The notes under the pieces: model-generated | The model's input: only the letters and a program-made list of their open reading frames with translations | What the model was told of the DNA's origin: nothing | Databases searched by the model: none | Made by a program: the position numbers and the translations under genes | DNA from: a virus | Lineage: Duplodnaviria; Caudoviricetes | Length of the DNA stretch: 64,000 nt | Direction: 5' to 3' (one strand) | IMG/VR virus record: IMGVR_UViG_3300021431_000075 | Location: 160,001 to 224,000 of that record | Part shown: positions 46,692-57,385 of the stretch, one piece after another | How positions within the stretch are numbered: the first letter of the stretch is position 1 | How the letters are laid out: every line of letters begins with the position of its first letter

Positions 46692-46806
46692 ATAATCTGA
46701 CTAAAATTAAGTAAATAATTAGGAGCGCGATTACGTACGGTACAACCCAAACCCACAACGGTTCAATCCTCGTTACTGTTGGTAGATAAACACACCATAC
46801 AAAAAA

Positions 46807-47061
46807 TTATTCGATTTTCTTGAAAAAATACTCAATCGCGCTGTGAACGTATATGAAATGCGTAGGGGTCTCCGCACACAAGTCGCCATATGGATTGTAC
46901 AAATCAGGTTTGTCAATCACGAGCTTCTTCGCAATACCCGGACAATATTTGTTTATCAGAACACGTAGTTCTTTTTCTGGATACGGAGTCGAATTTCGCG
47001 TCAAGCGTTCCCATTCTTCTACCGTTATTTCTGCACTATTACAATCATATCTAATTTTCAT
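46807..47061 (-). CDS. Hypothetical phage protein
   Basis: YNPY..TPTHFIYVHSAIEYF. Confidence 0.7.
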   Translation of the reverse strand: MKIRYDCNSAEITVEEWERLTRNSTPYPEKELRVLINKYCPGIAKKLVIDKPDLYNPYGDLCAETPTHFIYVHSAIEYFFKKIE

Positions 47062-47115
47062 TTCATTCTCTACAGTTTTTATGAAATCATTATCGTCAAA
47101 TTTATCACAAACCGA

Positions 47116-48042
47116 TTATTTGTTCGCATTTCTGCTCATTGCCACCAGATAATCAAGATTAGATCTCAACTCATCTATTTCATCCATGATTTCATCGAAC
47201 GAAAGATTGTCCAGAACAAGACTCAAATTGAGTTGTCCAAAATAAGAACTATTGTGCTTGTCATTCAGACCGCTTTTCTTTCTGTTATATCTTGTTCGAA
47301 TTTCATTATAAATCGAACGGTTAACCGTTTTTGGAATCCAGACCGTGATTTCAAGAACATCATGGTTCTCATTATCTTCGTTCGGAATCACGTAGAAACT
47401 ACCATATGCAAAATCTTGATTACCAAGATTTTTCAAGGAACCGCCTCTATAATTAAACAGCTGCATCATCCATCTGTCGTCATCGGCAATGCATCTAACT
47501 TCAATCTGGACGTTGATTTTGCCGTCTCTTTTCCTCTCGTCTCGCTGTGCATAAGGAAACAATCTCGATGCTACGCATTCCATGGTATATGACAGTTTTC
47601 TGTCCTCAAAGAACTTCTTTGCCGCATTGAACTTCTGTGCTGGAGTCATATCGGAATACTTGGATGTTGTCAAATCTGAATATGCATACTCATCCTCATC
47701 CTCATCTTCTTCATCCACATCCAGACAATCATCATCGTATTCGTTATCTACCATCGTTTCAGCAGATGCGAACCCGCTTAACTTAGCCCAATAAGGAGTG
47801 TCTCCGTCATAATCAACTTTTTCAGCACGGTCAATCTCGTTTTCATATTCCCTTTTGGAGTCCGCGAACTTGCTTCGCTTGACGCTGTAAGGAGTGCCGC
47901 CGTCATAATCAAATTCATATTCAGACTCGTCATCTTCATCATATGAAGACTCATCCAGCCTTCTCTTGACAATCTTGGAAACGTTCTCCATGATTGCATT
48001 ATATTTCTCATGCTTCTGTCGCGCGCTCAAACGTCTCATCAT
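47116..48042 (-). CDS. Acidic late protein, possible head-packaged protein
   Basis: KYNAIMENVSKIVKRRLDES leader, D/E-rich, duplicated DYDGxTPY; ATAAATA at 48074-48068. Confidence 0.65.
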   Translation of the reverse strand: MMRRLSARQKHEKYNAIMENVSKIVKRRLDESSYDEDDESEYEFDYDGGTPYSVKRSKFADSKREYENEIDRAEKVDYDGDTPYWAKLSGFASAETMVDNEYDDDCLDVDEEDEDEDEYAYSDLTTSKYSDMTPAQKFNAAKKFFEDRKLSYTMECVASRLFPYAQRDERKRDGKINVQIEVRCIADDDRWMMQLFNYRGGSLKNLGNQDFAYGSFYVIPNEDNENHDVLEITVWIPKTVNRSIYNEIRTRYNRKKSGLNDKHNSSYFGQLNLSLVLDNLSFDEIMDEIDELRSNLDYLVAMSRNANK

Positions 48043-48076
48043 ATTACTTACCGCTCATATTATAAGATATTTATTT

Positions 48077-48502
48077 TCAAAACAGCGCGAACTCCTCTGG
48101 CTTCTTCTCCTTCTTATCAGGATAAACCGGATACTCCTGAATGTCAAGCCCCGGCATCTTCTCGTTCAGCCATTCCGCAAGAATATGCCTGTGACAGAAG
48201 TCCTCAGGTCTCTCGTAGCAGAGCATCGCGACATCCCTGCCGCCTGAAATCTGCTCAAGGAATTCCGTGATGTACTCCGGATGGAACCTGTACGCGCACA
48301 GAATCTCGTTGATATACCGTTCCTTATACTTCTCGTCGTCATGGTCCTTCTTGTGTTCCATCAGAATCGAACCGCTCGGAGCGACAGACGCAAGGTTCGG
48401 TCCTTCGAAGAACGAAGGAACTTTTAGACAAATAGCGCAGCAAGCGATTCCTGCCTTCTCAAGATTCGGAATGTTGCTAAAATACGATGTGTAAATCTTC
48501 AT
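48077..48502 (-). CDS. DUF488-family protein
   Basis: IYTSYF, VAPS, MLCYERPEDFCHRHILAEW. Confidence 0.8.
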   Translation of the reverse strand: MKIYTSYFSNIPNLEKAGIACCAICLKVPSFFEGPNLASVAPSGSILMEHKKDHDDEKYKERYINEILCAYRFHPEYITEFLEQISGGRDVAMLCYERPEDFCHRHILAEWLNEKMPGLDIQEYPVYPDKKEKKPEEFALF

Positions 48503-48521
48503 TTTCTTTCTTTATTAAAAA

Positions 48522-50753
48522 TTAAACAAAACTTATATATTTGCCAGAATAGTCAACATATGCAGCAGGACCTATACGGACAACGCCATCCCTGTCAACA
48601 ACAGGTCTGAACCTTATCCACTCGTCAAGCAGCTGCTTGCCTCCAGCATCAAATATGTTGTACATAAAATAGTCATAACTTCCGGTTTTCTCTATGGCAA
48701 CCAGCTCGTCAGGAACAAGCGTGTATATCTGCGTCAGTCTTTCTCTTTCGCCAATCTTCGGACTCATTAGTTTTCCGCTCTTGTATGCAAGGACATCACA
48801 ATAAATCTTCGGACTCATTAGCGTTCCGCCCTTGTATGCAAGCACATCACCGTCGTTCTTGTCAAGCCGCGTGACGAACACGAAACCGTTTTCAGCCTTT
48901 CCTTTATATAAGAACCATTCATCGGAAACCAGCCTTAATGTCTTGTCATTAATGAAGTTGAGCATCCTTCCGCTATAACCACTGTCCAACGAGTCGTCGC
49001 CGGACTTTGCAACCGTCAAGAAACCGTCATCGCAGACATCACAGTACTTCAGATTGTCCTGAACAATCCCCTTTCCCCATTCTATCACCATAGTAGGGCT
49101 TCCAAGTTCACGCACAGCAGCAACAAGATTCGGACCTACGCAGTTTACAGAATAGAACCATTCATCAGAGCATTTCACTCCGGTACTGCTTACAAGTGTT
49201 TTCTTTGCATCATTCTTGAACCACTTCATGACTTCATAGAATTTGAAGTCGCCAAACCCCAAGTTAACCGAAACGTCATCGAAGCATTCCCCGCCAAAAA
49301 GCACTTTTCCGGACCCGGTGTCCATGAACTGCCAGCAACCGTTCTTCTTGAAAGCGTATATTCCACACTCTGGCCAGCCGCAGACATCGTCGAACCATTC
49401 ATCGGAAACAGGAGTTCCGTCTTCTCTCACAAACCTGCATGTGAAATCTGTGCCGTATGCGACTTTCGCGAAACCATTCTCCATAGCGTTGCTCTTTCCG
49501 GGAATCCAATTCTCCAACACAAGAGTGCCGTCCCTGTGGACGTAGTTGCTCTTTTTCCGAACCGGAATCCCGTGCTCATTGTAACACTCTCCTTCCTTAC
49601 AAGATCTGCAGACCAGTGCGACATCGCGCTTCTTTCCATGTCCAAAATCAATAAACTCATACCACTCGCTACATACGGGCTTTCCTGTCTTGTCAATGAA
49701 GTTGTACAATTTGTCCTTCATCACAACCGCGACACCATCAACGAAGTTCTCCATCCAGTCATAATTCTCCTTGCACAAAAACGTCCCGTCCGTTGACAAG
49801 AAATTGAACTCCTTGGAACCGCCGCGCTTGACCCATGCATATCCTTCGAAAAACAAAGGAGAACAACCCAAGAAATCTTCATTCGATAGAACTCTGCCGT
49901 CCATCGTGATATAGTTGCAGCATCCTTCCGTGAACTTGACATACAGCAAACCATCGGCGCAGAACTTAGGTCCGTACTTGAATTTCGGCAATACCACGCC
50001 GATGTCGCTCAATATGGTTCCGGACGAGTCAACCAGCGACATGCTCTCGCTCCCGACCCCTGTTCCGAAAGTTGTCACCACATATCTGCTGCCGGCTTCG
50101 TCAACCGCATCCATAAGCCTGATGCGGGAAGCGGCACGGACAAAGCTTCCCTGGAGCTTGCTGACATTCTCCTTGTTCAGAACCCCGTCATCGCCACCTG
50201 CATAGAAGGACCATATGTTCTCGTCGTACGCGATGCATATTGCATATCCGGTCCGCTCATGGTTGTCCCGGCTTACCAGCTCGCTTGCAACCATGCGCAC
50301 GTTGCGGTTTTTCATACACACATTGCTTGACATGAGAACATCAATCATGGATGCAGCCATGAACGCGAATGAATCTTCATCAGAATGGTCATTGCACACA
50401 TACATGACAAATCCAAGATTCTTTGCCCGGCATAACATCACGGACGCGTCCTGACGAGAACGGCTTGTTGAATAAACGCCGATAATCTTCGAGCAATCGT
50501 TATCAAGAAACTCCATATCCGCATCCCATCCGTCAACATATCCGAGATTCTTCATTCTTTCAAGAACCGGCTCCATGACAGAACCATAAAAAATCTCATT
50601 GATTGCGGACTTGTCATTATCGTCAACATCGAAACTGAAAACGAACTCATAGCACGAGCCGGACTGTTCCTGCATATCGTCCACAACTTCATCAGTTTCC
50701 ACATCACCAAGCAGGGACTCGTTCATGCATATGATTTCCGGATGTTCTTTCAT
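48522..50753 (-). CDS. WG-repeat-like beta-repeat protein, array member 1
   Basis: MNESLL leader; N(F/Y)IDxxGxxxSxEW(F/Y)..FxxG(F/Y)A repeats; start reassigned. Confidence 0.85.
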   Translation of the reverse strand: MKEHPEIICMNESLLGDVETDEVVDDMQEQSGSCYEFVFSFDVDDNDKSAINEIFYGSVMEPVLERMKNLGYVDGWDADMEFLDNDCSKIIGVYSTSRSRQDASVMLCRAKNLGFVMYVCNDHSDEDSFAFMAASMIDVLMSSNVCMKNRNVRMVASELVSRDNHERTGYAICIAYDENIWSFYAGGDDGVLNKENVSKLQGSFVRAASRIRLMDAVDEAGSRYVVTTFGTGVGSESMSLVDSSGTILSDIGVVLPKFKYGPKFCADGLLYVKFTEGCCNYITMDGRVLSNEDFLGCSPLFFEGYAWVKRGGSKEFNFLSTDGTFLCKENYDWMENFVDGVAVVMKDKLYNFIDKTGKPVCSEWYEFIDFGHGKKRDVALVCRSCKEGECYNEHGIPVRKKSNYVHRDGTLVLENWIPGKSNAMENGFAKVAYGTDFTCRFVREDGTPVSDEWFDDVCGWPECGIYAFKKNGCWQFMDTGSGKVLFGGECFDDVSVNLGFGDFKFYEVMKWFKNDAKKTLVSSTGVKCSDEWFYSVNCVGPNLVAAVRELGSPTMVIEWGKGIVQDNLKYCDVCDDGFLTVAKSGDDSLDSGYSGRMLNFINDKTLRLVSDEWFLYKGKAENGFVFVTRLDKNDGDVLAYKGGTLMSPKIYCDVLAYKSGKLMSPKIGERERLTQIYTLVPDELVAIEKTGSYDYFMYNIFDAGGKQLLDEWIRFRPVVDRDGVVRIGPAAYVDYSGKYISFV

Positions 50754-50766
50754 ATCTTGTCTATAA

Positions 50767-52956
50767 TTATATAATGCTTGTGAAATTTCCAGAGTAGTCA
50801 ACAAACGCCGCAGGACCCACTCTTACAATGCTGTCCCTATCTGCCACAGGCCGGAACCTTGTCCATTCAGAAAGCAGTTGCCTTCCGTCAGCGTCGAACA
50901 GGTTGTACAGCATGGACTTGTTATCGTCGTCAAAAATCTCTACAACGACCAGCTTGTCCGGAACGACTGTGTATATCCGGTTCAACTTCTTTCTTTCCTT
51001 TCCGAACAACAGCACACCATTGCAAGTCAGCACGTTGTTAGTATTCACGACCACGAACCCGCTCTGCATCTTTCCGGATCGATCAAGCCAAGAATCAGAA
51101 ACAAAACTTCCATCCGGCCTGATATAATTGATTTTTTCATCCCCGTGCTCATCCTTCATCTTCACTTTCGCATATCCGCCGATAAAATGTTCACAATCGG
51201 TCAGGTTGTCAACAATAACACCGCCGCCCCACTTGGCAACCGTGCGCATTCCGTATAGTATATTACTATAGCAAACACAATCATAACCGATATATTTCAC
51301 AAAGGGCTTATAGTCATCCACGCACTTCTTTCCATCATCAGAAACAAGATTGTACATGTTCCTGTTGTCAGTTCCGCTACCGATACTCGTCACCAAATAG
51401 AAAGTCTTGTTGAAATCCTTGCTATACACCTCACGATCAACGTCATCGAACATCTCGCCGTCAAAGAGAACCTTGTTCGTACCAGCATCCATAAACTGCC
51501 ACATGTCATATCCGTTGGACTGTCTCTTCTCGAAAGCAAAGACTCCGTTCTGCGGATAGCCGCACACGTTCTTGAACCACTCCTTCGACACGAGGCTTCC
51601 GTCCGCCCTCATGAAATTATAGAGACCGTCATTGTTGCTCAACTTCGCGAACCCATTCGCCATATTTCTGGACGATTTCGAAACCCACTCGTCCAGAAGA
51701 AGGTTGCCGTCCACGTCAGCATAGTTGCTGACAAAACCGAGATTGTTAGAAGAACCGTCATGCTTGTAGACATGCATGATGCCGTTGTCTCCGATTTCGA
51801 CGAGGTCGTACCAAGTGCTCCACCTCAGGACGCCCTTGTTGTCGATGATGTTCTTTTTATCGTTGTACCCGACAACCGCATATCCGTTCTTAAAATCGGA
51901 AGCATATGAAAACTGCTTTCCGCCAAGTACGTTTCCGTCCTTGTCAAAGAAAGACCAAACGCCGGGCCTGATATTCACCCACACATATCCGTCGTTGAAG
52001 CAAAATCCGCATCCGATACAGTTCTTTCCCAAAAGCAGCGAGCCGTCCTTCCTGATGAAGTTATATGATTCGGAGAAAAATGATATGCGCATAAGACCGT
52101 TGTCGAGGAACCTGCCCCATATAAACTGCCTGATGCTGTTGCACGGATATCTGCCCAGCACTTCCCCTTCCGAAGAAAGCAGCATCGCTGCAAGACTATC
52201 AACAGATTCGCCGAAAGTCAATGCCATATACCTGCTTCCCTCGTCATCATCGGCTTTCATGAGACCTATCATGCCGGCGGTCCTGACAAACTTGCCAGCA
52301 AACGACTCACAAACATCCCGGTCCAGATTTCCGCCATAATCACCAGCATAGAACAGCCACTTGTGCCTGAACATATCCTTCTGTACTTTCTGGAAATCTA
52401 TGTCGCCGACATCATCACTATCAAGACTTCCCACATAGCGGCGGATGACACAGAACTGCATGACCGCAGAGTCGTCAACCAGCTTGTCAACAACAAGACG
52501 AACTCCGGCATGCAAATCACAAAGACCGCCGAGAACAAGAGCATGAATCAGACTCGCGCAAACCGTTCCGAAAGAGTCTCCGCGCGCATCAGAGTTGTCA
52601 AGCCAGATGTCCATCGCGAACGTCGAGGAACCCCTCTTCTTATCCTTGTTCTCCATAAAGCACTTCGAATAAGTCTTGAGAATATCAAACCGAGATATAG
52701 ACTCAATCTTCTTATAGAACTTCCACGACTTGACAAAACCCTTTCCTCGCATCCTCTGAAGCCCGGATTCCATCAACTCGAAGAATATGTTCTTAATCAT
52801 CTGCGTTGTAAAAGAATGAATAGAATAAGTATTGAAGTCGAAAGTGAACCTGAAGCACACGTTGTCTGCAAATTCATTCTCATCAACATCAAGCACTTCG
52901 TCGCTGCCGATGTTGTCAAGCAGAGACTCGTTCAGATATATCGGTAACTTTTCCAT
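50767..52956 (-). CDS. WG-repeat-like protein, member 2
   Basis: YLNESLLD leader; same repeats and VGPAAFVDYSG C-terminus. Confidence 0.85.
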   Translation of the reverse strand: MEKLPIYLNESLLDNIGSDEVLDVDENEFADNVCFRFTFDFNTYSIHSFTTQMIKNIFFELMESGLQRMRGKGFVKSWKFYKKIESISRFDILKTYSKCFMENKDKKRGSSTFAMDIWLDNSDARGDSFGTVCASLIHALVLGGLCDLHAGVRLVVDKLVDDSAVMQFCVIRRYVGSLDSDDVGDIDFQKVQKDMFRHKWLFYAGDYGGNLDRDVCESFAGKFVRTAGMIGLMKADDDEGSRYMALTFGESVDSLAAMLLSSEGEVLGRYPCNSIRQFIWGRFLDNGLMRISFFSESYNFIRKDGSLLLGKNCIGCGFCFNDGYVWVNIRPGVWSFFDKDGNVLGGKQFSYASDFKNGYAVVGYNDKKNIIDNKGVLRWSTWYDLVEIGDNGIMHVYKHDGSSNNLGFVSNYADVDGNLLLDEWVSKSSRNMANGFAKLSNNDGLYNFMRADGSLVSKEWFKNVCGYPQNGVFAFEKRQSNGYDMWQFMDAGTNKVLFDGEMFDDVDREVYSKDFNKTFYLVTSIGSGTDNRNMYNLVSDDGKKCVDDYKPFVKYIGYDCVCYSNILYGMRTVAKWGGGVIVDNLTDCEHFIGGYAKVKMKDEHGDEKINYIRPDGSFVSDSWLDRSGKMQSGFVVVNTNNVLTCNGVLLFGKERKKLNRIYTVVPDKLVVVEIFDDDNKSMLYNLFDADGRQLLSEWTRFRPVADRDSIVRVGPAAFVDYSGNFTSII

Positions 52957-52973
52957 CTCTTGTCTAATTCACA

Positions 52974-55133
52974 TTATATCAAGCATGCGATCTCACCAGA
53001 GCAGTCAACATAAGCACCAGCGCCGACCCTTATGATTCCGGACTTGTCAGCAGCAATCCAGAAATTCGTCCATTTGTCAAGCAACTGGTCACCTTCGCAG
53101 TCGAATATGTTGTACAGTCGACCCTTTTTGACTTCCTTCTCCACAATGACAACCTTGTCCGGGACAACCGCCTGCACCCTTTTCAATATGCCGTCGCAAC
53201 CGTCAAGCAGAAGTTTGCCGTTACTGCACAGCACGTTGTATTCCAGTTTTCCGGACTGCGCATAATTCACTATGCAAAAACCGTCATTCAACGTTTCTTC
53301 TGTATACAAGAACCACTTATCCGACACAAGCCGGCATTCCTTGTCGATAAAGTTGTACTCGATGTCCCCGACGCCCTTTCTGCGTCGCTCAACCCTTGCA
53401 TATCCTCTTTTGTAACATCCGATATTCTTGATGTTCTCAAGCATCACGTCGCCGCCCCATTTAGCGACCATCGTCGGAGACGTCTCATACATCCTTGCGG
53501 CAACCATGCCGTTTCCAATATCCTGCATATACTCAAACATACCGTCCATAGCCTTGACACCGTCCTTCGAAATCAAGTTCATGGCAAAAGACCGGCTTCT
53601 TCTTTTATCGCCATCATGCAAAGTATAATTTTCAACAGTATAGTTATCTTCACCCACGCCCAAGTGAACATTGTCAAACTCCTCTCCGCCGAACAGAGGC
53701 TCCAGCGTATCCACGTCCATAAACCTCCACTTATCATCAGGCGCATATTTGTACGCTATCACGCCACGTTCCGGACAGCCGAGAACTTGCGCGAACCATC
53801 GTCTGGACAAAAGATTTCCATCTTGCTTCAGATAGTTGTAAGCATCCCTTCTCTTATCCCAAAGCAATGCGAAACCGTCCTCCATAGGCTCGCAATCATA
53901 GTCAACCCATTTTCTCATAATCGTCTTGCCGTCCATGTCTATGTAATTATACAACGAATCGCCTTTGACTTTCTTTCCAACTCTGAATATCATACCAGAA
54001 GTTCCTGTTCCGGGTTCTATATCTTCATACCACTTTCTAAAGATGGTCTTTCCGCTCGTGTCGATGACGTTTTCCTTGCCATTGTCGTTGACCACGGACA
54101 ATCCGCCATCAAACTCGCTCATATGGCTAAACCATTTATTACATAGAATATTTCCGGCGGCATCAACCATGTTGTTGTGCGAGTTGCCGTCTTCAACCAG
54201 CGCGTATCCGTCTGAGAAAGTCTTGCTACACTCGTTATAATCCCTATCCGACAACAGGGTTCCGTCCTTGCGGATAAAATTATATAAACATCTTTCGAAT
54301 TTCACATATAGCAAGCCGTTGTCAAGAAACTTCGGACCGTAATCAATTTCGTCCAGATTCCCAGGATAAGATGCAATCATTCTGCCGTCCCGTCCGAACA
54401 TATAAAATTTATCATTATTGTTCATATCATAATGCAATAGCGCGAACAGCACTATGTATATGCCAGTCTCATCATCGACCGCCGACATCAATCCTGAGGA
54501 AGAAGCTGTCCTAACAAAGCCGCCGGCAAATGAAACGCATGCGCTCCGGTCAATATTCATGTCATCTTTTCCCGCATAAAAATACCATTCCTTGTTTTCA
54601 AAATACACGCACCGGATTTCATCTGTTTCGCTACCGTTCTCGAATCTTGTCAATCCGAGCCTTACCCCATAATCCCCCGACATGATGCCACTTGACTTAA
54701 ATGAAAATAACAGCACTCCGCTAACATATCCAAGCACATCCTCACTGAACGAACGACTGTCAAAAACAACATGCACGGAAAATGTGTCTGTATTCTTGTA
54801 GTATTTCTTTGCAGGTTGATAATTATGCATGTACCTTGAAAACCTATCAATAAAATTCGAAAGAGCGGACGAGCCGAACTTATTGTCAACCTTCTTGATG
54901 CAAGTCCACGACCTGACAACTCCCTTCCTCGCCATTGTTGCAAGCACAGGCTCTATGACCGTGTCGAAGAACATGCTCTTGACATTCAAAATGTCACTTC
55001 TGAAATTGAACGAGAACTTATACTCGACTACGTTTCCGTTGTCAAAATCGTCATTGTCGTCAGTCACCTCGTCTATGCCGATGCCGTCAAGCAGGGACTC
55101 GTTCAAATATGCGCTATATGGATAATCTCTCAT
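52974..55133 (-). CDS. WG-repeat-like protein, member 3
   Basis: YLNESLLD leader; same architecture. Confidence 0.85.
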   Translation of the reverse strand: MRDYPYSAYLNESLLDGIGIDEVTDDNDDFDNGNVVEYKFSFNFRSDILNVKSMFFDTVIEPVLATMARKGVVRSWTCIKKVDNKFGSSALSNFIDRFSRYMHNYQPAKKYYKNTDTFSVHVVFDSRSFSEDVLGYVSGVLLFSFKSSGIMSGDYGVRLGLTRFENGSETDEIRCVYFENKEWYFYAGKDDMNIDRSACVSFAGGFVRTASSSGLMSAVDDETGIYIVLFALLHYDMNNNDKFYMFGRDGRMIASYPGNLDEIDYGPKFLDNGLLYVKFERCLYNFIRKDGTLLSDRDYNECSKTFSDGYALVEDGNSHNNMVDAAGNILCNKWFSHMSEFDGGLSVVNDNGKENVIDTSGKTIFRKWYEDIEPGTGTSGMIFRVGKKVKGDSLYNYIDMDGKTIMRKWVDYDCEPMEDGFALLWDKRRDAYNYLKQDGNLLSRRWFAQVLGCPERGVIAYKYAPDDKWRFMDVDTLEPLFGGEEFDNVHLGVGEDNYTVENYTLHDGDKRRSRSFAMNLISKDGVKAMDGMFEYMQDIGNGMVAARMYETSPTMVAKWGGDVMLENIKNIGCYKRGYARVERRRKGVGDIEYNFIDKECRLVSDKWFLYTEETLNDGFCIVNYAQSGKLEYNVLCSNGKLLLDGCDGILKRVQAVVPDKVVIVEKEVKKGRLYNIFDCEGDQLLDKWTNFWIAADKSGIIRVGAGAYVDCSGEIACLI

Positions 55134-55152
55134 CGCCTTTTCGTCAATTCAA

Positions 55153-57372
55153 TTATATTATGCTTATCGTTTTTCCGGAATAGTCAACATACGAGCACGA
55201 ACCGACCTTTATGATTCCGCTTCCCGCATCGGCTATCCTGAACTTTGTCCACTCGCCAAGCAGCTGCTTTCCGTCAGCATCGAACAGGTTGTACACGACA
55301 TTGCTGCCCCTGTCCATCGCCTTGACAACAACCAGCTCGTCAGCAACCACCGCATATATATGTAGTAGTGCCATCTTCGACGACTTGCAGTCGAATATGA
55401 TGTTTCCGCTCCTGCAAGCCAGCACTCCGACACTGGCGCTGTCCCGAGTCATCCTGACAACAGCGAAGCCGCCGTGCGAGACTTCGTAAACACGTTCGAA
55501 CCAGACACCGGACACGAGTTTTCCGTCCTCTCCTATGAAGTTGTACTTGCCTTCGAGAGATTTCACCTTCGCATAACCATCAGAGAACTCTTCCATACCT
55601 ATGACATTCCTGTCAATGAATACTCCGTTGGAACCCCACTTCAAGAGCATAATCGAACGGCATTCCGCGCTCATCAAGACAGACGCGAATCCGTTGCCCA
55701 TATACTTGACTTGCATGAAGCCGGAACCGCTGCAGCACATGACACCGTCTGCGGAAATCAGGTTGCACAACTTTCTGCCCGGATGTTTCGGATCATTAAG
55801 CGTCACTTCATAGTACATGAATCCGTCTTTCCCGCTCTTGGTACACACGCTCCAAAAAGCGGTTCCGCCGAACAAGACACTGTTCGTTTCTGAACTCCTG
55901 AACTCCCACATCAACAATCCGTCTTCATGCTGGACGAGAGCGGCAAATACTCCATGTTCAGGCCATCCGCACACGCCTTTGAACCAGTCTTCAGACACAA
56001 TGCTTCCGTCAGACCTCATGTAGTTGTAAACTTTATATGTTCCATCAGACTTGCACAACTTCGCGAAACCGTTCTTCATCACATCGCAGTCTCCGAGAAT
56101 AAACTTGTCAAGAAGGAGTTTGCCGCTACGGTCAATGAAATTGCACCCGCGTCTGTCGCTGTCATTGCCGATATCTACCACCAGCGCGACGTCACGCCTG
56201 CAACTGACTCCCGGTTCGGGAGAATCATAACTGATACTGTCATACCACTCTCTGGAAATGAACTTGCCGCTCGTGTCAACAACGTTCATCTTCATTTTCG
56301 AGTCGGTTGAACCGCTGCCGAACAGTCTGGTCACCAGAGCGAGTCCGTCCACGAAGTTGCCGACATGCCAGCACCACTCGTCAAGCAGCGTGTTTCCGTC
56401 ACTGTCTATCAGGTTGTACTCGTTCAACACACCTCCAGTTTTCCGGCTGACAGCGGCATAGCCGTCAGGAAAGCTCTCCGAACCGCTGGCAAGATTCCCC
56501 TCAATCAACATGCTCCCGTCCATCTTCAGGTAGTTCACCCTGTTCTCTTCCAGCTTCACGTACATCAGTCCGTTGTCAAGGTACCTCCCGTTCTTTGCAT
56601 TGTAAAGCTCGACCATGTACTGCTCGAGAACATTGCCGCCGGAATCGATGACGAACATGTTCTCGTCGCCCGTGTTCTTTCCGAACGAGTATGCAACATA
56701 CCGGCTCGCATTGTCATCCACAGATTCCATGATTCCGAGCGTCCTTGCAATCCTGACGAAGCATCCAGCAAGCCTCGAACTGCCGAAGTTCTCGTTGTTT
56801 CCGTCCTCTCCGCAATGGAAGATCCACCTGTTACCAGAATCATAGAACACGCAGTAGTTATATTGATGCGAAGAATTGTCATTGTCCGTCTTCCAGAATG
56901 CCATCCTCACGAAACCGTTGTCCGAGACGCCGCTTGCAATGACATACTGCATCATGCGCGCTGCAATCTCGCAAAGGCACTCGGCATTCTCATCATCCGT
57001 CGGAACACAGACGCGAACAGACCGGACTACCGCCTTCCTGTTGTATGCTGCTTTCGCAGACATGCCGTAAATCCGTTCCGCATACGCGTCGATGAGCGGA
57101 AACTCATCCTGAACGTAATTCATATCGTCCAAAGACCATGAACCGACATTCCCTCTTGACCTCAGCATATCAAGAACAGGCTCCATGCAGGTGCCGAAGA
57201 ATATGTTATTGACAGCATGGGTTCCATACTCGCTCTTGGAGTTGAAATGGAACATGAACCTGTACTCGGCAGTCCGTTCATGACCGTTCGATTCGTCATT
57301 CACCTCGTCGGTCTCCACCTTGTCAAGCAGGGTCTCGTTCAGCGCGTATATGTCATTCAAAAACCTTCTCAT
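55153..57372 (-). CDS. WG-repeat-like protein, member 4
   Basis: YALNETLLD leader; same architecture. Confidence 0.85.
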   Translation of the reverse strand: MRRFLNDIYALNETLLDKVETDEVNDESNGHERTAEYRFMFHFNSKSEYGTHAVNNIFFGTCMEPVLDMLRSRGNVGSWSLDDMNYVQDEFPLIDAYAERIYGMSAKAAYNRKAVVRSVRVCVPTDDENAECLCEIAARMMQYVIASGVSDNGFVRMAFWKTDNDNSSHQYNYCVFYDSGNRWIFHCGEDGNNENFGSSRLAGCFVRIARTLGIMESVDDNASRYVAYSFGKNTGDENMFVIDSGGNVLEQYMVELYNAKNGRYLDNGLMYVKLEENRVNYLKMDGSMLIEGNLASGSESFPDGYAAVSRKTGGVLNEYNLIDSDGNTLLDEWCWHVGNFVDGLALVTRLFGSGSTDSKMKMNVVDTSGKFISREWYDSISYDSPEPGVSCRRDVALVVDIGNDSDRRGCNFIDRSGKLLLDKFILGDCDVMKNGFAKLCKSDGTYKVYNYMRSDGSIVSEDWFKGVCGWPEHGVFAALVQHEDGLLMWEFRSSETNSVLFGGTAFWSVCTKSGKDGFMYYEVTLNDPKHPGRKLCNLISADGVMCCSGSGFMQVKYMGNGFASVLMSAECRSIMLLKWGSNGVFIDRNVIGMEEFSDGYAKVKSLEGKYNFIGEDGKLVSGVWFERVYEVSHGGFAVVRMTRDSASVGVLACRSGNIIFDCKSSKMALLHIYAVVADELVVVKAMDRGSNVVYNLFDADGKQLLGEWTKFRIADAGSGIIKVGSCSYVDYSGKTISII

Positions 57373-57385
57373 TTCGCATATTCGA

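Noticed and set aside
46720-46780. tRNA-like GGTTCAATCC
   Set aside because: No cloverleaf; better explained as a minus-strand membrane-gene remnant.
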